Below are positions 1-9,281 of a stretch of 60,527 nt of DNA, piece after piece. A model generated the notes under the pieces. The model was given only the letters and a program-made list of their open reading frames with translations. It made no database searches and was not told the DNA's origin. The stretch lies in sequence record DRR723986_5297; one strand, written 5' to 3'. How positions within the stretch are numbered: the stretch's first letter is position 1; every line of letters begins with the position of its first letter. The position numbers were made by a program, and so were the translations under genes.

Positions 1-143
1 GTACCGGCTTCAGCCGGAATCGAGCGCAAAAGAGCAGTGAAGACTTCCGGCTAAAGCCGGTACTACAAACAGGAAATGGTCTTAGGAATGTTCGGTAACG
101 CTTTCGAACAGAATTGCGTGCTTCCGCCTAAAGGCGGTACTAC
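1..143. repeat. Cluster of three REP-like palindromes (GTAG-type); first copy cut by the window edge
   Basis: Copies: gtaccggcttcagccggaa (1-19), its inverted partner ttccggctaaagccggtactac (45-66), and ttccgcctaaaggcggtactac (122-143). Each has a 6-bp stem; copies 2 and 3 end in TACTAC (GTAGTA on the minus strand). Located just downstream of the aas-like gene. Confidence 0.8.
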
Positions 144-164
144 GAACTTTGATGGGCAGAGAAG

Positions 165-1811
165 CTAGGCGTGTTCCGGGCAGAATGCTTGTTTGGCAAC
201 TTGTTGCAATGATCCAAGGTCGAGCTTGCCGCTGCCGAGGACGGGGATTTGGGGGACTTCCAAGAATGAGTCGCGGCTGGGTAAGTACAGATTGGGAAGC
301 CCAGCCGCAGTAATGTGCTCAAGCATCTCGTCTGGACTCGGCGAGTCTGGAGTTCGAAGCACAATTAAACGCTCTCCACGCTTAGCATCAGGTACCGATG
401 TCACCGCGACCCGCAGTGTTCCTTCTTCATCTGTACCAGCCAACTCCAGTAGGTGTTCTTCAATCTGAATATGCGGAACCATCTCGCCACCAATCTTGGA
501 AAACCTGCTGCGGCGACCGGTGATGTGGATAAACCCATCCTCATCAAGGGTTGCCATGTCGCCGGTGCGGTACCAGTTTTCGTGCATGGCTGCCTGCGTT
601 AAGTCCGCTTGGCCGTAGTAGCCCTGCATCACGTTGGGGCCGGCGATTTCCAGCAGACCCGTCGCCGGGCCTTCAACGGGCTGATCGGTGTCGGGATCGA
701 CAACTCGGCAGTGTACGTCGCGAAACGGTTTACCGACTGAGCCCTCACGCAATCCGTCCTCTGGTGCTGCTCCCGCGCGGCAAGCGGGAACGTTTACTGA
801 CACGACAGGGCTGAGTTCCGTTGCCCCATAGCCCTCGACCGGACGAACGCCGAAACGCTGCTCGAATTCATCGAACAGACACAAGGGCATCTTCTCTGCT
901 CCAACTACGACAACTTCCAGCGTAGCGAATTGCTCTGGTTCAATCCGCCGAATGTAGCTACGGAGGAATGTCGGGGTTGCCAGCAGAACCGTTGCTTTGA
1001 ATTTCTCGGCCAGCTTCCCGATCGGGCGCGGCTCAAGTGGACTAAAGTGATAAGCGGCCCCACATGGCAAGCACATCGCGGCCCAAATCGTTACGGTGTA
1101 GCCGAAGGAGTGGAAAAATGGGAGGATCCCAAGAACAACATCATGATCGTCTAAGCAGATAACGTCTTCGATCCCGAGCACGTTCGATGTAATATTCCCC
1201 CCGGTCAGCACCACGCCCTTCGGAACACCCGTTGAACCCGATGTAAAGATGATCGTAAGTGGGTCGTCGTGCTCTTTCTCGCCTAGGCCTAGCCATCTAT
1301 GCAGTCCGTCAGCCGAGCGAAACCGTGCATTTAGAGCAGCACTCAATTTGTCCCCAAGAGAAATCTTCTCTTTGACATCTTCTAGGAAGATCATTTCGCA
1401 ACCCGGGTCCAAGTTCACTTTTTCGATGAACTTCCGCGATGTAATCACATGTTTCAGACCGGCTGCTTCGGAACAGGTTTGCAAGACCTGGCTGGTAACC
1501 GTGTAATTCAGATTGACGGCAACCCTACCGTCCAAGGCAAGAGCCAAGTTGGTCGCAACACCAGGAACGGTTGGCGGCAGGAACACGCCGACGTGCTGTT
1601 CGTCTTCCGCAAGAACGGCTCGCTTCAAATAATTGCGCAGGGCCAGAGTGCGGACCAGTAGGTCATTTGCCGTCAGTTCAACGCCGCTCGAATCGCCAGC
1701 CTTGAAACGTTTGGCACCTGATTTCAACTGACGGAGAAGTCGCAGGGTGATTACTGGAGAATCGTCACGTGTCACTTTCGAGCTATCCTTGTCGAAGCCT
1801 TTCTTCCTCAA
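165..1811 (-). CDS. AMP-dependent acyl-ACP/acyl-CoA synthetase, similar to the C-terminal domain of Aas
   Basis: AMP-binding motifs IFTSGSTGVPKGV, EGYGATE, WYRTGD, GRRSRFSKIGGEMV and GSGKLD; LPFFHSFG is Aas-type. Confidence 0.85.
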   Translation of the reverse strand: MRKKGFDKDSSKVTRDDSPVITLRLLRQLKSGAKRFKAGDSSGVELTANDLLVRTLALRNYLKRAVLAEDEQHVGVFLPPTVPGVATNLALALDGRVAVNLNYTVTSQVLQTCSEAAGLKHVITSRKFIEKVNLDPGCEMIFLEDVKEKISLGDKLSAALNARFRSADGLHRWLGLGEKEHDDPLTIIFTSGSTGVPKGVVLTGGNITSNVLGIEDVICLDDHDVVLGILPFFHSFGYTVTIWAAMCLPCGAAYHFSPLEPRPIGKLAEKFKATVLLATPTFLRSYIRRIEPEQFATLEVVVVGAEKMPLCLFDEFEQRFGVRPVEGYGATELSPVVSVNVPACRAGAAPEDGLREGSVGKPFRDVHCRVVDPDTDQPVEGPATGLLEIAGPNVMQGYYGQADLTQAAMHENWYRTGDMATLDEDGFIHITGRRSRFSKIGGEMVPHIQIEEHLLELAGTDEEGTLRVAVTSVPDAKRGERLIVLRTPDSPSPDEMLEHITAAGLPNLYLPSRDSFLEVPQIPVLGSGKLDLGSLQQVAKQAFCPEHA

Positions 1812-2059
1812 TCAGCCCATCGCAGGGCTACTGCTGGCATACAACGCACGATTGTAATGAATTTTTCGGCCCGCTAGCCGGTCCAACTCATCCAACCGGT
1901 CGAAACGCTTTTCTTTACGATAAAACTGAGCACACAGTTGGTACTGCTCCGCAACTTGACAAAATGACGCAGCCTATGCTTCAGACACTAACGGACCTGG
2001 AGGTTTGACGACAATCCAGCAGGTTTGCGACTTGAGAGATACTTTTGGGGCACCGCAAA

Positions 2060-2521
2060 ATGACCGCTACTCTGCAACTTCCGTCCTCCATCTCGCTGGG
2101 GCTGCCCAGTACTGAATCTGACTCTTGCTCCCGCAAACGCGTTCGCTGTGTCGTCGTCGACGAATCCCCGTTGTGTCGAAAACTCCTTCAACTCGCTCTC
2201 GCAGACTGCGATGGGGCCGTTCTGACCAAGTGCTGCTCAGAGATCGACGAATCCTGCTCAGTTGATCTACCGGAGGTCGTGATCGCCTGTGAAGGAAGTT
2301 ATTGCCTTTCGGCGATTTCGAATTGGCTCTCCAAAGCAGACCAGCACGTACAGCTCTTGCTGCTCAGCGATGAGTGCTCCGAAACGCCTGCACCGAAAAT
2401 GTCAGAAAACGTTCAGTTGGCGAAGATTCGGAAGCCGCGTTTTGTCTCGCAGATCGAAGCTGAGCTGGCAGACTTCTCTCACTGCCTAACGACGGCACTC
2501 AAGCTAGACGACGCAAAATAG
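2060..2521 (+). CDS. Degenerate receiver (REC)-like domain protein
   Basis: VVVDESPLCRKLLQLAL resembles the REC beta1-alpha1 of CheB-type regulators, and IRKP resembles the conserved K-P. ATG at 2060 lies in the 2045 ORF. Confidence 0.5.
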   Translation: MTATLQLPSSISLGLPSTESDSCSRKRVRCVVVDESPLCRKLLQLALADCDGAVLTKCCSEIDESCSVDLPEVVIACEGSYCLSAISNWLSKADQHVQLLLLSDECSETPAPKMSENVQLAKIRKPRFVSQIEAELADFSHCLTTALKLDDAK

Positions 2522-2538
2522 CGGGCCTGCGATTGGCC

Positions 2539-5466
2539 CTACTTCACTTGGTAGATTCCCTGCCCCTGAATGGCTACAAGATCGTGTCCATCGATCTCTA
2601 CGTCCCACTTGTCCGTTGAGCCGTCAATCCAATCGATTTCGACCACGGCAGTCTTGGCTTCCGCCGGCACGGTGAAGCTCAACGTTCTCTCGTTTGAAGA
2701 CTGATAGCCGTTTCCAGAGGTCAATTGCTGCATGCCCAGCAGGTTGCGGTCCTGGGTGATTCGGACTTCGGTACCGCATGCCATCCTTGAGGCTGTGGTG
2801 CCAACCAAACGCAGGTTCACACTGGACTGTACCGGAGAACTTTCGTTAGCGTACAGTGAAACGGGGGTTTCGAGATAGGTCGCAACAAAGTCCTGAAGCC
2901 CGTCGCGATTGAAATCGCCGATCGCCAGCGCCCGACCGAGGCGAGGTTCTTGCAGGAGAGCCCCACTGGTATCCGCGCTTGCCGGTTTGAATGCGGCGTT
3001 TCCGTTGCCCACAAATAGCTGTGCCGGCATCTTTTCGGGGATATCGACGTGCGTGTGATCGTCGATGTGACCATTGAGTAGCAGCACGTCCAGGTTTCCG
3101 TTCCGCTGCAGATCAGCAAACTGGCAGCCGAAGCCCAGCATGGGTTTCGTCTGCTGCATCGTTTGCGAGCGGAGCGATCCATCTTCGAAATAGCCGTCCT
3201 GCTGCAAGTAGAGTGTGTTGTGCTCGAGGACAAAATTCGTAACCATCAGGTCGAGCCGACCGTCACGGTTGACGTCACCGGTGGCGATGCCCATGCAGGC
3301 CTGAGCAGAGCCAGCTTCGTCGTAGGCAAGCCCAGAAATGAGAGCTTCGTCCTGCAGCGAGCCAAGAGTGCCATCTCCTCGAAGTAGCAAGTTCGCCTGC
3401 TGGTCAACTGCCACGAATACACTTGGTTGTTCATCACCGGCAAGACGGAGAATGGAGACACCGAGACTGTTGCTGTCTGCAATCTTTACGTCGGCTTGCA
3501 TCCATCGCTGGCCATCTGTGGTCAGCATTCGGTCTGCGGCCGGGTTAAAGACTAGCGGCGGGCAACCCCGTGGGCGACCGTCAACTTGGCAGATTCGCGT
3601 CAAATGGTCAGGACCATCGACATAGTTCGCGTCGTATATTTCCGGTAGGCCGTCACCGTCTAGGTCAGCAATTGCGGCGCTGCAGGTCCAAGTTCTGTCT
3701 TCGGGAAGCAACGCTGTGGCGTCGACGAACGTACCGTCACCCTGGTTTAGAAGCAGAGAGTTGTTAAAAAGGTTGCATATGTAGACGTCGTCTAGTCCGT
3801 CGCCGTCAACGTCGCCACAAGCAACGCCCTGACTAAAGTTCCGTTCGTCAATGCGAGCTGCCATCGTAGCATTGGCAAATCTGAATTGCTCTTCAACGGC
3901 AGCGTTGCGGAACAGTTGATCCGATGGACGCTCGGCAGCCTGGCCACCTACAGTGCCTGCCTGCGCCAAGTACGTGTCTGGCCAGCCGTCCAAGTCGAAA
4001 TCCAGTACGCCGGCTCCCCCTCCAGTGATCTCAAAGATCTTGCGTCCTTCGCTGGCACCGCCGGAATTATTGTCGAAGGAGAATTGGAGGCCACTTTCAG
4101 CGGCGACGTCTCGCAGGCGAATCGCGTCCACATCGATCTCGACATTTTCGGTTGCCTCTTGTCGTCCCCGAAGCAGTTCAGCGTATTGCGGCCATGTCTT
4201 CAGCTCACTTTGCTCTGCCAGCGAGGTTAGCAGTGACTCAAACGGAGGATCATTTCGTATCGGAGAAGCCGGGTCGAAAGTGAAGGCTGTTTGTAGATCG
4301 GTCATGACCTGCATCGGCCATGCGAGATTTGGATCGAGACTGCGAGCGTATGCCGCCCACGCTGCTGCTTCCCAGTGTCGACCGAGTTCGAGCGACATTC
4401 TCGACGCCTCTTCCATCGGTTTGGGATAGCGTTTGGCGGTATAAATCTGTTCCGTGGCGATGTTTGCACGTTGCAACTTGTTGGCGCGAGCGGCTACTCG
4501 GTTGGCAAGAGGTTCTCGTCCCGAGACCTTCAAGAGCCGAGCTAACTCGAGATGGGCTTGAACGAAATCGCTTCGCAATTTGATGGCAGCGCAATAACAC
4601 CGAACCGCAGCGCCCGTGCTGATATCCTCTAGCATGCGGGCTCGAATTGCCCAGATGGTTGGGTGCTGCTCCGCCGCGGCGGGCAGCTTCAGTAGCCAGT
4701 CGACAAGCTGCTTGGGCTGGGCCATTTCCAGTGCAAGCCCATGTTGAGCGTGGGCCTCAATTAAGTCTGGATACGACGCAAGCACTTTCTCAACGATCGG
4801 CAGTGCTTCTTCCCCCCGGTGCTCTAGGTTGAGCGCGACAGCAGTGCCCAAGCTGGGGAGTGGATCGTCTGGTTTTACCGCCATAAAGCGAGCTATTTCT
4901 TCCTTTGCAGAAAAGGCCTTCTCGCTATTGCTGAGTAGCAGCAGGTCGTCTATCTCGATCTGGTTGGCCTTCAAGAGAACCGCTAAATGCTGTGTGGCTT
5001 CCAAGCGGCGTCCGAAGGCGTTCAGTAAGAATGCAATCCGCTGGTTGGCGTAGATGTGGGTTGGATCAATCGCAAGGGCTGACCGCAAACGCTGCAGTGC
5101 GCCGCTGGCGTCACCGATGTGGAAGCACACTTCGCCGGAAGCCCAGCGAGCGGTCACGTTCTGCTGCGGCGTACCATCAACTTCATCGTAGAGTGCGATG
5201 GCCTCGTCGAACTTCTCCGCCTTGGTGGCGCATTCACCGGCAAGAGTCAGGTTTTCCGCTGAACGCTCGTCGTCGAGCAATTCTTGGCACATCGAGTAGG
5301 CAGCATCGAATCTGCCTGCTTTCATCGCCAGTTTGGCCTTTGAGATCGATGGTCGCGCAATTCGTTCCCGTCCCTGTCGACCAGAATTCTGCGACCACCA
5401 GAAGGCCCCGAGACCGGCAACTCCAACGACAAATAGCAGACCAACAATCGCGATCGACTTGCCCAT
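2539..5466 (-). CDS. TPR plus FG-GAP/CRTAC1 and ASPIC-UnbV domain protein
   Basis: N-terminal TM anchor, then TPR-like helices. Repeated DxDxDG motifs (DFDLDGWPD, DVDGDGLDD, DLDGDGLPE, DVNRDGRLD, DFNRDGLQD). C-terminal GNGYQSSNER matches ASPIC/UnbV. Confidence 0.88.
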   Translation of the reverse strand: MGKSIAIVGLLFVVGVAGLGAFWWSQNSGRQGRERIARPSISKAKLAMKAGRFDAAYSMCQELLDDERSAENLTLAGECATKAEKFDEAIALYDEVDGTPQQNVTARWASGEVCFHIGDASGALQRLRSALAIDPTHIYANQRIAFLLNAFGRRLEATQHLAVLLKANQIEIDDLLLLSNSEKAFSAKEEIARFMAVKPDDPLPSLGTAVALNLEHRGEEALPIVEKVLASYPDLIEAHAQHGLALEMAQPKQLVDWLLKLPAAAEQHPTIWAIRARMLEDISTGAAVRCYCAAIKLRSDFVQAHLELARLLKVSGREPLANRVAARANKLQRANIATEQIYTAKRYPKPMEEASRMSLELGRHWEAAAWAAYARSLDPNLAWPMQVMTDLQTAFTFDPASPIRNDPPFESLLTSLAEQSELKTWPQYAELLRGRQEATENVEIDVDAIRLRDVAAESGLQFSFDNNSGGASEGRKIFEITGGGAGVLDFDLDGWPDTYLAQAGTVGGQAAERPSDQLFRNAAVEEQFRFANATMAARIDERNFSQGVACGDVDGDGLDDVYICNLFNNSLLLNQGDGTFVDATALLPEDRTWTCSAAIADLDGDGLPEIYDANYVDGPDHLTRICQVDGRPRGCPPLVFNPAADRMLTTDGQRWMQADVKIADSNSLGVSILRLAGDEQPSVFVAVDQQANLLLRGDGTLGSLQDEALISGLAYDEAGSAQACMGIATGDVNRDGRLDLMVTNFVLEHNTLYLQQDGYFEDGSLRSQTMQQTKPMLGFGCQFADLQRNGNLDVLLLNGHIDDHTHVDIPEKMPAQLFVGNGNAAFKPASADTSGALLQEPRLGRALAIGDFNRDGLQDFVATYLETPVSLYANESSPVQSSVNLRLVGTTASRMACGTEVRITQDRNLLGMQQLTSGNGYQSSNERTLSFTVPAEAKTAVVEIDWIDGSTDKWDVEIDGHDLVAIQGQGIYQVK

Positions 5467-5528
5467 TTTTGGCCCAGCATGAGACGAGACTAGTAAATTC
5501 GCTTCTTAAGGGAGTGTCGCCCCCTTCT

Positions 5529-5825
5529 CTAGACAATATCCCAAACGCTGACTTGTTTATCTACCACCCAGTCTGCAATGGTTTGATTGAACTCGGCCAA
5601 GTGAGTTGATTGCTTGTGCTTATCAAACGCATCGCGATCATCATACGTTTCATAGAGCATTACTTTGTTCTCTTGGTCGGGAGATGTGCAGACGTCAAAC
5701 TGTTTGCACCACGGCTCGCGCTCGAGTGAATTCTTTGCTTGAAGCTTTACCGCCGCCACGAATTCATCCCGGTGCTCCGGCTTGAACTCAAAGACCACGT
5801 GTACTGCACAGATTGGAGTCGTCAT
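5529..5825 (-). CDS. ABM-family putative monooxygenase/isomerase (LsrG/YgiN-like)
   Basis: 98 aa. Pattern EPWCKQFDV...LYETYDDRDAFDKHKQSTH is typical of ABM/LsrG proteins. Confidence 0.8.
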   Translation of the reverse strand: MTTPICAVHVVFEFKPEHRDEFVAAVKLQAKNSLEREPWCKQFDVCTSPDQENKVMLYETYDDRDAFDKHKQSTHLAEFNQTIADWVVDKQVSVWDIV

Positions 5826-5877
5826 GGGGGCTCCGCGTTAGGTTCGAAATTGGAGGCGACGTGCCAGTATTGGCTGC

Positions 5878-6513
5878 CTAGTTAGGAAATCTACGTTCGA
5901 GTTCCGCAACTTGTTCAGCGTCAAGGTACCTGGTTTCGTGCTCTTTGAGAATCAGGAATAGCCTTGCCGTTTCCTCCAGCTCTTCAATCGCATTGACGGC
6001 CGACGACAGGCTCTTTCCGGCGACGACAGGACCGTGATTGGCAAGTAGCATGCTGTGTGCGTCGCGAGCGCGGCGGGCGACAGCCTCCGCGAGCTCCAAG
6101 TCACCGGGCGGAAAATATTCAACCAGCGGCAACTTGCCGACACGCATTACGTAGTAGGCGGTAATGGGTGGCAAGACGTTCGATGCATCCACGCCCGCCA
6201 AGCAGGACACGGCCACCGACCAGGTAGAATGTAAGTGGACGACAGAGGTTTCTTGCGGACGCGTACGATACATCGAAAGATGCAGAAACGCCTCCTTGGA
6301 AGGCTTCTTGCCGGCGACATGATTGCCGTCGAAATCGACCTTCGATATCTCATCGGGGTCGAGCGCCCCGAGCGACGAATTGGTTGGCGTAATGAGGATA
6401 CCATCATCCAGCTTGACGCTGATGTTCCCAGAACTCCCACTGGTGTATCGCCTTGCGAACAAGGAAGCACCACTTTTGGCAATCTCTTCTCGCCAGTGTC
6501 GTTCTGTGCTCAA
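5878..6513 (-). CDS. otnC: Class II aldolase family, 3-oxo-tetronate 4-phosphate decarboxylase-like
   Basis: GSSGNIS, KPSKEAFLH, VHLHSTWSVAVSCL, LPPITAYYVMRVG, LLANHGPVV and EELEETARL match OtnC/YgbL. Confidence 0.8.
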   Translation of the reverse strand: MSTERHWREEIAKSGASLFARRYTSGSSGNISVKLDDGILITPTNSSLGALDPDEISKVDFDGNHVAGKKPSKEAFLHLSMYRTRPQETSVVHLHSTWSVAVSCLAGVDASNVLPPITAYYVMRVGKLPLVEYFPPGDLELAEAVARRARDAHSMLLANHGPVVAGKSLSSAVNAIEELEETARLFLILKEHETRYLDAEQVAELERRFPN

Positions 6514-6609
6514 TGAAACCTCTGTGATGCGAATCCAAGCGTGAATGAATCGGACAGCTAAAGTAAACGTGCGTCTGCCGTCTTGATTGGTGGCAGGTTA
6601 AGCTGGACG

Positions 6610-7323
6610 CTACTTGCTGTCTTCGGTCTTGCGTTTTTCGCCGAACACTTCGCGGAACTTCTTCACCTTGGGACCAACCACCGCTAGACAATATCCTGCA
6701 CTTGGGTTGTTCGCAAAATAGTCCTGGTGATATTGTTCGGCCTCGTAGAACTTCGGCAGAGGTTCCACGATTGTGACGATTGGTGAAGCGTAGTCGCCGG
6801 AAGCATCGAGCTTCTTGATGTACTCCTCGGCCGCGGTCTTCTGAGCGTCGTCCTGGTACATAATGACGCTTCTGTACTGCGTCCCGCGGTCGTTGCCTTG
6901 GCGATTCAGCGTCGTTGGGTCGTGTGTCTTGAAGAAGACCTCGAGCAATTCATCGAAGCTGACTTCTGATGGATCATAGTGAATCTGGCAGACTTCGGCG
7001 TGCCCTGTGTTTCCACGGCAGACAGCTTCGTAGGTAGGATTATCCACTTCGCCGCCCGCGTACCCCGAAACAACGCTCGACACGCCCTTCATTTCTTCGA
7101 AAACCGCTTCGACGCACCAAAAACACCCACCGCCGAAGGTAGCAACGGCAGCCTTCGTGCCGCTAAGATCCGTGGCATCTTGTGCATTATCACTCATCTG
7201 AGCTTCCTTTTCATTAACTGGGACGTTGGCCTTTTCGCTGCATGCTGACAAAAATGGCAGGAGCAACAACAGTGCAGGGCAAAGGTATCGCCATCTGCTA
7301 AGTCGAACTTGTAATCGCGTCAT
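6610..7323 (-). CDS. msrA: Peptide-methionine (S)-S-oxide reductase, probable lipoprotein
   Basis: GGGCFWCVE, GHAEV, HDPTTLNRQGND, AEQYHQDY; N-terminal lipobox LSAC. Confidence 0.95.
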   Translation of the reverse strand: MTRLQVRLSRWRYLCPALLLLLPFLSACSEKANVPVNEKEAQMSDNAQDATDLSGTKAAVATFGGGCFWCVEAVFEEMKGVSSVVSGYAGGEVDNPTYEAVCRGNTGHAEVCQIHYDPSEVSFDELLEVFFKTHDPTTLNRQGNDRGTQYRSVIMYQDDAQKTAAEEYIKKLDASGDYASPIVTIVEPLPKFYEAEQYHQDYFANNPSAGYCLAVVGPKVKKFREVFGEKRKTEDSK

Positions 7324-7639
7324 TGTTGTTCTCCGTCTACCAAGTAACCGTCAAACGTACACGTTGTAACGCCAAGGCTTCGAGCGTCACTGAACCCATC
7401 TTTACCGTCACAGAGTGCATAACCTTCACGGGCGAAGCGACACCAGAGAGTGGCCCCCAGGATCCTCCCCGCAAGTGCTCTCGCGAGTTATTATCATGGA
7501 GCTGGACATCGTCTCGAATGCCCATATTATGCGATTGTGCCCAACGGTCCTAGGTTCCTTAAGCGTCTAGGTTCGATGTCTTCCCTCTTCTGTCGCTGCA
7601 ACGGCGGCCAATATTACGTCCCAGAGCTCAGATTGAATC

Positions 7640-9256
7640 ATGCAAACTGACCCTACTAAATGGCTAGTCTCCTTTGCCGGGTTCGCGTACGACTGGATTA
7701 TTACGCGGGAGTGGACCAAAATCCTGCTGGCTGCGTTCCCAATTTACATTTTGGCCGCGGTGATTGGCCTTGTCTTTTGGGGGAGCCAGTCGAATCGGCT
7801 CGAATTGGCAAAATGGTACCTGGAGCTCGGCAACGAAGAGATAGCGGAGTGGGAGGAGTCCTGGGCACCCGAAACGGACGGAGCTGCCTCCGGCGACGAC
7901 GCGCTCGCTGCCGATGTGGCTGAGTCGGAATCCGATGAGGAGTCCGACGAGCAGTCCGGCGACGACCGCCCCAAAGTTTCGCCTTTTGCGGAGACGCTAT
8001 TCCGCAAAGTGCAGTTGCTTGAACCAAGCGATCGAAGCCAATTTATTATCGGCACCACGCTAGCTCAGAAAGGGGCTCTTGCCCAAGCAGAGCAGTTGCT
8101 CGCCAAGATCGCTCCCGATGAAGGTAGCGCGGGCTACGCGCCAGCGCACCTCATCCTCACCGAACTCTACGTGCAGCGGCTACGCGAAGATCCTCGCAAG
8201 TACTTGCCGCTGATCATGCACCACTACAAACAAGCCGCGAAGTGGAGCAGAATTCCGATCCAACACCTTGTTGGTGCCGCCGAACTGTTTGCTCGCCAGA
8301 ACCGCCTGGATGAAGCAATTCAGTTCCAGACGCTGGCTGCGGCCAAAGATCCCGCCATGAATTCCGGACTGGGTCGCCTCGCGATTGCCGCTGGCAATGT
8401 CAAACTGGCCGAGCGAGCTCGCCGGACCGCGGAACGGTACTTTGTGCAGGAACTTGAAAAAGATCCAACCAACGTTGATTACAGAATCAAGCTGGCAGAC
8501 ATTTACCGGGAAACAAACAAAATTGACCAGGCCGCAAAGTATCTTTTCGAAGGCCTCGAAGACGTCGAACAGACTCCTGAGCTTCGACGGGCGCAATCAC
8601 AGTACTTCATCCTGAAGTTTCAGCGAAGTGTAAAGGTTCGGGGTGAAGAAGCCCGTATCGAGCTTGGCTTCCTGGACAAGGCAATGCGTCTGGATCCATC
8701 CAACCCAAACGTTGCTGAGCAAGTAGCCAGGCTGGCTGCTGCTGGAGTCCGAGGTGCCAGTGATGACTTGATCAACTCGCTGCGAAAGTTCTTGAGTGAA
8801 GGGAAAGCCACTCTTGGTACGCACCGACTACTTGCACAGGTTTACGCGACCCGCGGTAACCTTAAAAAGGCTTTGACGCATTACGAGCAGATTGTCGTGC
8901 GGTTGCCCACGTCAGCCGATGGCCAGAATAATTTTGCGTATTGCTTGGCGGTCGAATATCCGGATCGGCTAGAAGAAGCGCTCAATCATAGCGAAATGGC
9001 GATCAATCTCGATTCTCGACAACGACAACGCAATCCCGATTACTTTGATACCTACGCGATGATCCTCGACAAACTAGGACGCGATACCGAGGCGATTGCC
9101 TCAATCGAAACCGCAATTGAAATCGAGCCGTCTCGGGTTGACTTCCATGTTCGAGCGGCAGATCTATACAAGAAGACCGGCAATCAGGATATGGAAGCCA
9201 TACATCGCACGCAGGCCAAAACCTTGCGGCTCAGCCAAGCGGACACTGGTGAGTAG
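7640..9256 (+). CDS. Membrane-anchored tetratricopeptide repeat protein
   Basis: N-terminal TM helix, acidic linker, then several TPR-like repeats (NNFAYCLA, YFDTYAMIL). Confidence 0.75.
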   Translation: MQTDPTKWLVSFAGFAYDWIITREWTKILLAAFPIYILAAVIGLVFWGSQSNRLELAKWYLELGNEEIAEWEESWAPETDGAASGDDALAADVAESESDEESDEQSGDDRPKVSPFAETLFRKVQLLEPSDRSQFIIGTTLAQKGALAQAEQLLAKIAPDEGSAGYAPAHLILTELYVQRLREDPRKYLPLIMHHYKQAAKWSRIPIQHLVGAAELFARQNRLDEAIQFQTLAAAKDPAMNSGLGRLAIAAGNVKLAERARRTAERYFVQELEKDPTNVDYRIKLADIYRETNKIDQAAKYLFEGLEDVEQTPELRRAQSQYFILKFQRSVKVRGEEARIELGFLDKAMRLDPSNPNVAEQVARLAAAGVRGASDDLINSLRKFLSEGKATLGTHRLLAQVYATRGNLKKALTHYEQIVVRLPTSADGQNNFAYCLAVEYPDRLEEALNHSEMAINLDSRQRQRNPDYFDTYAMILDKLGRDTEAIASIETAIEIEPSRVDFHVRAADLYKKTGNQDMEAIHRTQAKTLRLSQADTGE

Positions 9257-9281
9257 CTCGGCGAGTAGCTCCCAATGAGCT

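Noticed and set aside
1..143. CRISPR array interpretation of the repeats
   Set aside because: Copies occur in both orientations with irregular spacing and there are no cas genes; REP fits better.
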